DNA of 61,933 bases, the filler included. It is 3 parts of 3 records of this genome, joined end to end, with 100 filler letters (N's around TTAATTAATTAA, not from the genome) between each part and the next. Parts side by side here need not be neighbours in the genome. Positions count along the whole stretch, not along the records: positions 1 to 13,134 come from SRR20825010_1554; 2 more parts are not named here. One strand, 5' to 3'. The notes beneath the pieces are model-generated. The model saw nothing but the letters and a program-made list of their open reading frames with translations. It was not told the DNA's origin and ran no database searches. The position numbers and the translations under genes are program-made. The stretch's first letter is position 1. Each line of letters starts with the position of its first letter. Shown piece after piece: positions 1 to 8,279 of the stretch.

Positions 1-621
1 TACAATTTCAATATCGTGGGTTTTGTAACGATCTACTTTCATTCCCTTTACAATATCCCGCACTTCACCATCAACACGAACTTTTAGAAAACCTTGTTTG
101 GCAATTTGCTCAAAAAGCTCACGATAATGACCTTTTCGGGAACGAACTACAGGAGCGAGAATGCTAACTTTTTTGTCGGTAAAGTCTTCAAGAATAAGTT
201 TTTTAATCTGCTCATCACTATAACTAACCATTTTTTCGCCAGTATTATAGCTATATGCATCACTTGCACGGGCATAAAAAAGACGAAGAAAATCATAAAT
301 TTCAGTAATTGTACCAACGGTAGAACGTGGGCTTTTACTGGTAGTTTTTTGTTCAATTGCAATTACTGGAGAAAGTCCTTCAATTTTATCAACATCTGGA
401 CGCTCCAAACTTCCTAAAAACTGACGGGCATAGGCTGAAAAAGTTTCAATATAACGGCGTTGTCCTTCGGCATAAATAGTATCGAACGCCAAAGAAGATT
501 TTCCGCTACCTGAAAGTCCTGTAATTACTACTAACTTCTCTCTTGGAATACGAACGTCAATGTTCTTTAAATTATGGACGCGCGCGCCCAAAACTTCAAT
601 AAAATCCTCATTTTTTGACAT
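1..621 (-). CDS. uvrA: Excinuclease ABC subunit A, 5' part (runs off window start)
   Basis: Not in ORF track; manual translation from ATG at 621: [57 protein letters not shown], the UvrA N-terminus with Walker A. Confidence 0.97.
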   Translation of the reverse strand, partial: MSKNEDFIEVLGARVHNLKNIDVRIPREKLVVITGLSGSGKSSLAFDTIYAEGQRRYIETFSAYARQFLGSLERPDVDKIEGLSPVIAIEQKTTSKSPRSTVGTITEIYDFLRLFYARASDAYSYNTGEKMVSYSDEQIKKLILEDFTDKKVSILAPVVRSRKGHYRELFEQIAKQGFLKVRVDGEVRDIVKGMKVDRYKTHDIEIV

Positions 622-627
622 AGCTTG

Positions 628-635
628 CAAAGGTA
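628..635 (-). promoter_or_regulatory. Bacteroidetes housekeeping promoter -7 element (TAnnTTTG) for uvrA
   Basis: Minus strand reads TACCTTTG, ending 6 nt upstream of the uvrA ATG. Confidence 0.5.
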
Positions 636-760
636 CTCAATAGATTGTAAAATAAAGAATGCATGCCATTTGTAAGCTGTTAATTTTGATGAAAAATTTC
701 AACAAGTTTTATTTTTTTGTAAATGAAATAACTAATTACAAAATAGATAAATTCCTATAT

Positions 761-2473
761 TTAATAGCCAATAGCAGTATCATCCCCGCGTGGATCGGCA
801 CCGCCTTCCAATTTGCCGTTTGGAGAAATCATTATAGCATCCACACTGCCAATTTTTGGAAGTAATTTAGTGTTAGTTGTATATCCTTTGGCTTCAAGTA
901 AATTCAAAATTTCTTGTGGAAATCCTTCTTCTTCCATCATAATCATATCTGGCAACCATTGGTGGTGGAAGCGTGGCGCACTCACCGCTTCTTGCATATT
1001 CATGTTAAATTCACTTACATTTAGAAAAGTTTGCAATACCGAAGTGATAATTGTGGAACCTCCTGGAGTGCCTATAACGAGTACTAGTTTTCCGTCTTTT
1101 TCAACAATAGTAGGCGTCATTGAGCTTAACATTCTTTTTTGTGGTGCAATCGCGTTTGCTTCGCCACCAATTAAGCCAAACATATTTGGTATTCCAGGTT
1201 TGGCACTAAAATCGTCCATTTCATTGTTTAGAAAAAATCCTAATTCCGAAATATATAGTTTCGAGCCATAGGAAGCATTTAAAGTGGTGGTAACAGAAAC
1301 AGCGTTCCCAAATTTATCTACAATAGAATAATGGGTTGTTTCTAAGCTTTCATAACTACTTATTTCTCCAGGTTTTATAGCTTCCGAAGGGGTTGCTTTT
1401 TCAAATGAAAAGTCTTTCATTCGCTGTGAAAGATAGCTTTCAGAAAGTAAGGAGTCTGTGGGGATAGCCACAAAATCTGGGTCTCCAAGATATTCGCTTC
1501 TATCTGCATACGCGCGTTTTTCTGCTTCAACTAAAACTTGTATGTATTTTTCTGAATTATGTTCGTATTCAGAAAGAGGAAATGATTCCAACATTTTTAA
1601 AATTTGTGCAAGACAAATACCACCGCTAGAAGGTGGCGCCATTGAAATTAAATTATAATTTTTATATTTAAAAACCATTGGTTCACGCCAAATGGCTTCA
1701 TACGCATCTAGATCTTTTTGGGTGATGATTCCACCTTTCTTCTGAATGAAATCGACCATTTTTTTTCCAGTTTCCCCTGAATAAAACTCGGCTCTCCCAT
1801 TTTTTGCAATTTTGGTAAGCGTAGTTGCAAGTGCCGTATTTTTTAGTGTATCACCTTCATTATAAACTTTAGTAAAAAGAGAAGATTCACCGTTTATTTT
1901 TTCAAATTGTTCTTTAAACTCATCAAAGCGAAGTTTTTGTTTTGAAGTGACTAAAAAACCTTTATTGGCGAGTTCTATAACTGGTTTAAAAAGAATTTCA
2001 ATAGGAAGTGTTCCAAACTTTTCATGTACTGCAAAAATTCCGGCAATAGTTCCAGGAACACCAACGGCAAGACCGCCTTCAGTGCTTTTTTCTGGCATAA
2101 AATTCCCTGTTTTATCCAAATACATATCACGTGTAGCTGCTAAAGGAGCTTTTTCACGAAAATCTAACGAGCCAATTTCACCATATTGAGTTCTATACAC
2201 CATAAATCCACCGCCGCCAATATTTCCAGCATTTGGGTGTGTTAAAGCCAAAGCCATTTGTGTAGCTATCATTGCATCAAAAGCAGTGCCTCCTTTTTTT
2301 AATATTTCAGCACCAATTTGTGATGCTTCCTTCCTTGCTGAAACCACCATAGCACTATCGGCAACAACACTTTTTATTTCTATTTTGGGCTTTTCAACTG
2401 TAATTTGAGCTTCTGGTTTTTCTTTACATGAAAACAATAGGAGTACTATAAAGAAATAGAATGGAAACTTCAT
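761..2473 (-). CDS. ggt: Gamma-glutamyltransferase (lipoprotein)
   Basis: Lipobox LLFSC; GNIGGGGF, DFREKAP, catalytic ETTHYS, LSSMTP, GTPGGS motifs. Confidence 0.95.
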   Translation of the reverse strand: MKFPFYFFIVLLLFSCKEKPEAQITVEKPKIEIKSVVADSAMVVSARKEASQIGAEILKKGGTAFDAMIATQMALALTHPNAGNIGGGGFMVYRTQYGEIGSLDFREKAPLAATRDMYLDKTGNFMPEKSTEGGLAVGVPGTIAGIFAVHEKFGTLPIEILFKPVIELANKGFLVTSKQKLRFDEFKEQFEKINGESSLFTKVYNEGDTLKNTALATTLTKIAKNGRAEFYSGETGKKMVDFIQKKGGIITQKDLDAYEAIWREPMVFKYKNYNLISMAPPSSGGICLAQILKMLESFPLSEYEHNSEKYIQVLVEAEKRAYADRSEYLGDPDFVAIPTDSLLSESYLSQRMKDFSFEKATPSEAIKPGEISSYESLETTHYSIVDKFGNAVSVTTTLNASYGSKLYISELGFFLNNEMDDFSAKPGIPNMFGLIGGEANAIAPQKRMLSSMTPTIVEKDGKLVLVIGTPGGSTIITSVLQTFLNVSEFNMNMQEAVSAPRFHHQWLPDMIMMEEEGFPQEILNLLEAKGYTTNTKLLPKIGSVDAIMISPNGKLEGGADPRGDDTAIGY

Positions 2474-3054
2474 AATTCAAGTAGTTTTTGTTGTGAGTGT
2501 TGTATTAATTCTTCAAAAAAAGAAGTGAATTCGGCTTCAAACTCATCGTAATATGCTTCAAGTTCAGCAACGGCTAGATTCATTTTTGAAACTCCTTTTG
2601 TGCGAATATTCATTTGAGCCAATATGGTTCCTATTCCTGCTACACTTGCATAGCTTAATAGCCAATTATCGGCAATCATATGCGGCATCATTTTTTGAAT
2701 TCTTGTAGGAAGAATGGTGAAATTATCTTTTAATAAATCATAAAAATCTTCAATGTATTCATCCAAAGGTTGATCTGAATATTTATGCCAGTTTTTAGCA
2801 AGAAAATGATCGTATAAAATATCTACGATTACTCCGCTATAATGACTGTAATTTTTATGAAGCCGCGCAGTGCTTTGATGTACAATGGGATGCGAGTCTG
2901 TGTAACTGTCAATGGCACGGTGTAACAAAATACCTTTTGCAATTTTTGGAGGGTATTTTAGATAGTTTTTTCCTTTAATGCCGTCGGCTATAAAGTTACC
3001 AATTGTAATGCTTTCGTCCTCGCCAGAAAGGTAAATGTGTGCTAAAAAATTCAT
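2470..3054 (-). CDS. Acyl carrier protein phosphodiesterase (AcpH-like)
   Basis: MNFLAHIYLS, GNFIAD, LHRAIDSYTDSH, DILYDHFLA family motifs; 4-bp overlap with ggt. Confidence 0.9.
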   Translation of the reverse strand: MNFLAHIYLSGEDESITIGNFIADGIKGKNYLKYPPKIAKGILLHRAIDSYTDSHPIVHQSTARLHKNYSHYSGVIVDILYDHFLAKNWHKYSDQPLDEYIEDFYDLLKDNFTILPTRIQKMMPHMIADNWLLSYASVAGIGTILAQMNIRTKGVSKMNLAVAELEAYYDEFEAEFTSFFEELIQHSQQKLLEL

Positions 3055-3210
3055 TCAATAAATATATGTATTTTTGTTTTGTAAATTGGATGAAATCCAA
3101 AACCTTAATGCAGTTTTAACCTTAATTATAATATACCTGCTTATCTTCGCAGCTATGCTTTAATATCTATAGATTATTAGAGCTATATTTTTTAAATATA
3201 AATTCAAAGA

Positions 3211-4599
3211 ATGACATTAATTAAATCTATTTCAGGCATCCGCGGTACTATTGGTGGAGCTCAAGGCGATAATTTAACCCCAATTGATGCGGTAAAATAT
3301 GCTGCAGCTTATGGAAGCTGGGTAAAACAACAGCGCAACAAAGAAAACTATAAAGTTGTTGTAGGGCGTGATGCTAGAATTTCAGGCGAAATGATCCAAC
3401 AATTAGTAATGAACACGCTTGTAGGAATGGGGATTACGGTTATAGACCTTAATCTTTCAACCACACCTACAGTAGAAATGGCGGTTGCTATGGAGCATGC
3501 CGATGGAGGAATAATCCTTACCGCTAGCCATAACCCAAAACAATGGAATGCGTTGAAATTACTTGATAATAAAGGAGAATTTTTAAACGCTGAAGCGGGG
3601 CAACAAATTCTTGATATAGCTGAAAACGGGACGATCGCGTTTGCTGAAGTTGATGATTTAGGCGAAATTCATAAAAACGATGCTTATATCGATCTTCATA
3701 TAGATGAAATTTTAAACCTTCCATTAGTAAATGCAGCAGCTATAGAAAAATGTAAATTCAAAGTTGTTGTAGATGCGGTTAATTCAACCGGAGGGATTGC
3801 TGTACCGTTGCTTTTAGAGGCTTTAGGTGTTGAAACTGTAAAACTACACTGTACGCCAAATGGTCAATTTCCTCACAATCCTGAACCTTTAAAAGAGCAT
3901 TTGGGCGATTTGATGGAGAAAGTAGTTGCGGAAGGAGCAAATTTTGGAATTGTTGTAGATCCAGATGTTGACAGACTTGCTTTTGTTGATGAAAATGGAG
4001 AAATGTTTGGGGAAGAATATACCTTGGTGGCGGTTGCGGATTATGTTTTGCAAAACAATCCTGGAAATACAGTTAGCAATATGTCTTCTTCACGCGCTTT
4101 GCGAGATGTTACGGAAAAGCACGGCGGAACCTACACTGCCAGCGCAGTTGGTGAAGTTAATGTCGTTGAAAAAATGAAGGAAACAAACGCTGTAATTGGT
4201 GGTGAAGGAAACGGTGGAATTATCTATCCAGAGCTTCATTACGGTCGTGATAGCCTAGTAGGGGTTGCTTTATTTTTAAGCTTTCTAGCAGAAGAAAAAA
4301 TTGCCGTTAGTGAACTTCGAAAAAAGTATACTGCTTACTTTATGAGCAAAAAGAAGATTGAATTAACGCCGCAATTGGATGTGGATGCTATTTTGAAGGC
4401 GATGGAAGCAAAATATGCTTCTGAAGAAATAAATACGGTGGATGGCGTAAAAATAGATTTCGCAGAAAATTGGGTGCATCTTCGTAAATCAAATACAGAA
4501 CCCATTATAAGAATTTATACTGAAGCAAAAAGTCAAGAAGAAGCAGATGCTTTGGCGGATAGTGTGATTGCGGAAATTAAAGCAGTTGCAGGATTATAA
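3211..4599 (+). CDS. glmM: Phosphoglucosamine mutase / phosphohexomutase
   Basis: TASHNP phosphoserine loop, DPDVDR metal loop, GEGNGG, RKSNTEP. Confidence 0.85.
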   Translation: MTLIKSISGIRGTIGGAQGDNLTPIDAVKYAAAYGSWVKQQRNKENYKVVVGRDARISGEMIQQLVMNTLVGMGITVIDLNLSTTPTVEMAVAMEHADGGIILTASHNPKQWNALKLLDNKGEFLNAEAGQQILDIAENGTIAFAEVDDLGEIHKNDAYIDLHIDEILNLPLVNAAAIEKCKFKVVVDAVNSTGGIAVPLLLEALGVETVKLHCTPNGQFPHNPEPLKEHLGDLMEKVVAEGANFGIVVDPDVDRLAFVDENGEMFGEEYTLVAVADYVLQNNPGNTVSNMSSSRALRDVTEKHGGTYTASAVGEVNVVEKMKETNAVIGGEGNGGIIYPELHYGRDSLVGVALFLSFLAEEKIAVSELRKKYTAYFMSKKKIELTPQLDVDAILKAMEAKYASEEINTVDGVKIDFAENWVHLRKSNTEPIIRIYTEAKSQEEADALADSVIAEIKAVAGL

Positions 4600-5475
4600 T
4601 TAATCCATATTACGAAGCTTCCAGCGTTTATGTGACCATAAATAATACTCAGGTTTTTCTTTGATTTGTTCTTCTAACGAATCAAAAAACATTCGTGTAA
4701 TCTGAAAATCTGAGTATTCTTTGGGGTTATCAACCAAAGGAACAAAAGTAGCTGTGTAATACCCACGTTTTACTTTTTCAACCTTTAAATAAAGCACTGA
4801 AAAGTCTAGTTTTTTTGCAAGTTCTTCCGTTCCTGTAAACATGGGTACGTCTATGCCTAAAAAAGTATCACGATGCTTAAACCCACCAAGTTTTGGAGTT
4901 TGGTCTGAAAGAATATAGGTTAAGGTTTTTATTCCTTTTTTCCATTTTCTAAAAAGTACGCCTACAATTTTTTTGTTGCTTACTATAATGCCTCCAAAAT
5001 GTTCCCGAGTTTTTTTTACCAAGGCATCAAACTGTTTGCTGTCTAGTGGTTTATATACCGCATGTGCTTGGTGCTGCATCAATTTATTTAAGATTCCGCT
5101 CCATTCCCAATTGCCATAATGACCAGCCATGAGCAGGATGCTTCGATCGTTTTGATAATAACTATCTAATATTTCAGCATTTGTAACTACAAAACGTTTA
5201 CGGATTTCCTTTTCAGAAATAGTAAGTGCTTTTATGGTTTCAACAATAATATCACAAAGGTGTTTAAAGAAATTTTGTGCAATTCTGTTTCGTTCTTCCT
5301 GTGTTTTTTCAGGAAATACCAAAGCAAGATTATCTTTCACCACTTTTTTTCGATAGCCAACAACATAATACACCAAAAAATACAAGGCTGTAGATTTGAT
5401 GTACAAAATGCGCATTGGCAAGATGGAATGCATCCAAAGAATTGGATATACCAGTATATAAAGCAATCTTTGCAT
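4600..5475 (-). CDS. Lipid A biosynthesis acyltransferase (LpxL/HtrB family)
   Basis: HYGNWE motif, LSDQ, C-terminal PEYYLWSHKRWK. Confidence 0.9.
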   Translation of the reverse strand: MQRLLYILVYPILWMHSILPMRILYIKSTALYFLVYYVVGYRKKVVKDNLALVFPEKTQEERNRIAQNFFKHLCDIIVETIKALTISEKEIRKRFVVTNAEILDSYYQNDRSILLMAGHYGNWEWSGILNKLMQHQAHAVYKPLDSKQFDALVKKTREHFGGIIVSNKKIVGVLFRKWKKGIKTLTYILSDQTPKLGGFKHRDTFLGIDVPMFTGTEELAKKLDFSVLYLKVEKVKRGYYTATFVPLVDNPKEYSDFQITRMFFDSLEEQIKEKPEYYLWSHKRWKLRNMD

Positions 5476-5489
5476 AGGAATTTATACCG

Positions 5490-5497
5490 CAAAACTA
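5490..5497 (-). promoter_or_regulatory. Bacteroidetes -7 promoter element
   Basis: Minus strand TAGTTTTG matches TAnnTTTG just upstream of the acyltransferase ATG. Confidence 0.45.
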
Positions 5498-5596
5498 ACT
5501 AATTTTATCGCAAGAATTAGAATTGTAGGTTCAAGATTCAATGATTCAATGCAATATTTTTTATTAACGTATTAATAATTAAATTTTTACAACATA

Positions 5597-6247
5597 ATGC
5601 AAAATTTACATATCGTTACAATTATTATCATCGCAGCCAATGTTATTATCTCATTAAAAGGCTTCAACGATTTTTCTTTTTTTGAAAAATATAAATTCAA
5701 CATCGCTGGAATCCGTCGTGGTGAGCAAATTAGAATGTTTACTTCGGCTTTTCTTCATGCAGATTTTTCACATTTATTGTTCAATATGCTTACGCTCTAT
5801 TTCTTCGCTAATGTAGTAATAGGAAGTGTTGGCGTCACTTATTTTGTTGTAATCTATGTGGTTAGCCTCCTTATGGGAAATCTGTTATCTTTTTATTTTC
5901 ATAAAGACGAATATCATTATAGCGCTATTGGTGCCAGTGGTGCCGTAATGGGGGTTTTGTATTCTGCGATACTTTTTTTTCCAAATATGGGGCTCTATCT
6001 TTTCTTTATTCCTATAGCAATTCCAGCTTGGTTATTTGGCTTGGCATATTTGTTGTATTCTATCTACGGAATGAAAAAAAGAATGGGAAATATAGGTCAT
6101 GACGCACACATTGGTGGGGCAGTTGGAGGTTATGTTTTAACGCTTTTATTTGCACCGTATTTGTTTCAAACAAGTTTGTGGATTGTTGTGCTACTTGCCA
6201 TTCCATTAATTATTTTATTCATAATGCATAAACTAGGAAAAATTTAA
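5597..6247 (+). CDS. Rhomboid family intramembrane serine protease
   Basis: FLHADFSHLLFNM, catalytic GASG, AHIGG; multiple TM helices. Confidence 0.93.
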   Translation: MQNLHIVTIIIIAANVIISLKGFNDFSFFEKYKFNIAGIRRGEQIRMFTSAFLHADFSHLLFNMLTLYFFANVVIGSVGVTYFVVIYVVSLLMGNLLSFYFHKDEYHYSAIGASGAVMGVLYSAILFFPNMGLYLFFIPIAIPAWLFGLAYLLYSIYGMKKRMGNIGHDAHIGGAVGGYVLTLLFAPYLFQTSLWIVVLLAIPLIILFIMHKLGKI

Positions 6248-6266
6248 AAAATTTAAAAAATTGACT

Positions 6267-6953
6267 ATGAAAACTTTAAAAACCGTATTAATTTTAGTAC
6301 TAACTACTACTACAATGATGGCACAAAACATGACACCACAACCAACGATAGATGTTAAAGGAGAAGGCATTGTTAAGGTAGTTCCAGATGAAGTTACCAT
6401 TAATATTCGCGTTGAAAACACGGGTGAAAATACTAAGAAATTAAAAGAACTAAATGACGAAACAATTAGTGAAGTTCTGAAATTTCTTAAAAAAATGAAT
6501 ATTGACGATAAAGATGTGAAAACTGAATATATGAACCTCAATAAGAATTATGATTACAACACTAAAACATACACTTTTGCTGCAAATCAATCACTTTCTA
6601 TAAAATTACGTGATCTTAATAAATATGAAGCTGTAATGAAGGGGCTTATTGATACAGGAATTAACCGAATTGATGGTGTTGCATTTTCTACTTCAAAAAG
6701 TGAAGCCTTAGAAAGCCAAGCTCGAAAAAAAGCTGTTGAAAATGCCCAAATGAAGGCAAAGGAATATACTTCAGTTTTAAACCAAACTATTGGAAAAGCA
6801 GTTTCAATTAGTGAGTTTTCTAGTTCTGCTGGACCACAACCAATGTATAAAATGGCAATGATGGATTCTTCATCGGGAGGAGGAGAACAAACAATAGCTT
6901 TGGGAGAGATTGAGATTAAAACTACTGTAAATGTTAGTTTTCTTTTAAACTAA
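6267..6953 (+). CDS. SIMPL domain (DUF541) exported protein
   Basis: Signal peptide; IDVKGEGIVKVVPD, ARKKAVENAQMKA and terminal VNVSF are typical of SIMPL; ATG 6267 preferred to TTG 6261. Confidence 0.88.
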   Translation: MKTLKTVLILVLTTTTMMAQNMTPQPTIDVKGEGIVKVVPDEVTINIRVENTGENTKKLKELNDETISEVLKFLKKMNIDDKDVKTEYMNLNKNYDYNTKTYTFAANQSLSIKLRDLNKYEAVMKGLIDTGINRIDGVAFSTSKSEALESQARKKAVENAQMKAKEYTSVLNQTIGKAVSISEFSSSAGPQPMYKMAMMDSSSGGGEQTIALGEIEIKTTVNVSFLLN

Positions 6954-6972
6954 CTTTTAAATAATTAAACTA

Positions 6973-7009
6973 AAAACCCCTCGATCTAAATTAAAGATCG
7001 AGGGGTTTT
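6973..7009. terminator. Bidirectional intrinsic terminator
   Basis: Perfect 15-bp stem AAAACCCCTCGATCT / AGATCGAGGGGTTTT, 7-nt loop, between convergent genes. Confidence 0.9.
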
Positions 7010-7030
7010 ATTTTGCCTATAGCTTAAAGC

Positions 7031-8146
7031 TTATTTATCACCTAAAAGCGTTTCTAATTTTGCTCCTAAAGCCGCTCCACGAAGGTTTTTGTCAATAATA
7101 ATTCCATTCTCATCCAATAAAAAGGTAGCAGGAATAGAACGTACGCTATATTGTTTAGCAATTGGATCTTGCCAAAATTGAAGGTTAGATACGTGATACC
7201 AATCCATTTTATCATCCTCAATTGCTTGTACCCATTTATCTTTTTGTGTTGCTTTATCTAGAGAAACGCTAATAATATTCAAACCTTTATCATGATATTT
7301 ATTATAAACACTCACCACATTTGGGTTTTCCATTCTACATGGCTTGCACCAAGATGCCCAAAAATCAATGATAGTGTATTTACCCATAGCATCTTTTAAA
7401 GACAATGTTTCACCAGTAGGAGTAGGAGCACTAAAATTTGGTGCAGGACTACCTACATCTGCTTTCTTTAATGCTTCAAGGTTTGTTTTTAAATCCTTTG
7501 CTAAATCTGATGCTGCAACTTTTGGATTTAAACCTTCAATAAACGCTGATGCTTCAGCTGGTGTTATTTCTTTTCTACTAGTCATTTCAGAAATAAGCAT
7601 TACTGCAAAAAGTGAATTGGTATTTTCTTTTAAAAATTCCTTTTTATAAGCAGTTTCTTTTGCCACCATATTTAGGTTCTCACTCTGTATTTGTGCAATA
7701 GTACCCGAATCGTTTTGTTGTCTAGCTTCACGAAAACGATCCATATTGGCTTGTTTTTGTTTATTAAAAACAACCATCTTGTCTATAAAACTACTGTAAG
7801 CATCATTTTGTTTTCCACCAGAAATACGTGAAGATTGAATACTATCTTTATAAATAGTTGCTTTCATATCTGTATTTTCAGGAAAAAACAAAACGGAACC
7901 ATTTACATCTGCAATACGTAAGAAATTTAAGTTCACAGCATCACTTTTAGGAAACGTTGCAGAAAACGCACCTGCTGTAACTGTCAATGTGTCAATTGCT
8001 TTAGGTTGTTTATTTTCAAGTGTATAAACGTATATTTCTGTTCCATCTGCAAAACCTACTGCATCACCGTCCAGTTTATAGCTATTGGTATCTTTATTGC
8101 AAGATATTAATGAAAGTGTAAGGATTGAAGCTAAAAAGAGTCTCAT
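7031..8146 (-). CDS. TlpA-like thiol-disulfide oxidoreductase lipoprotein (DUF4369-type N-terminus)
   Basis: Lipobox LISC; IIDFWASWCKPCR (CxxC); SIPATFLLD cis-Pro loop. Confidence 0.9.
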   Translation of the reverse strand: MRLFLASILTLSLISCNKDTNSYKLDGDAVGFADGTEIYVYTLENKQPKAIDTLTVTAGAFSATFPKSDAVNLNFLRIADVNGSVLFFPENTDMKATIYKDSIQSSRISGGKQNDAYSSFIDKMVVFNKQKQANMDRFREARQQNDSGTIAQIQSENLNMVAKETAYKKEFLKENTNSLFAVMLISEMTSRKEITPAEASAFIEGLNPKVAASDLAKDLKTNLEALKKADVGSPAPNFSAPTPTGETLSLKDAMGKYTIIDFWASWCKPCRMENPNVVSVYNKYHDKGLNIISVSLDKATQKDKWVQAIEDDKMDWYHVSNLQFWQDPIAKQYSVRSIPATFLLDENGIIIDKNLRGAALGAKLETLLGDK

Positions 8147-8167
8147 AAATTATATTTTAAATTTTCG

Positions 8168-8175
8168 CAAAAATA
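8168..8175 (-). promoter_or_regulatory. Bacteroidetes -7 promoter element
   Basis: Minus strand TATTTTTG upstream of the TlpA ATG at 8146. Confidence 0.4.
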
Positions 8176-8279
8176 GTAGTTTATTATCGCATTGCGAGAT
8201 ATGTGTACTTTTTTTATTTTATATTAACATAATACGGCTTTTTTAAGTATTATTTTTACAACTATCTAGTTAACGTAGC

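Noticed and set aside
94-417. ORF-track ORFs 94..417 (+) and 147..362 (-)
   Set aside because: Shadows of the uvrA frame, which the track missed because it runs off the window
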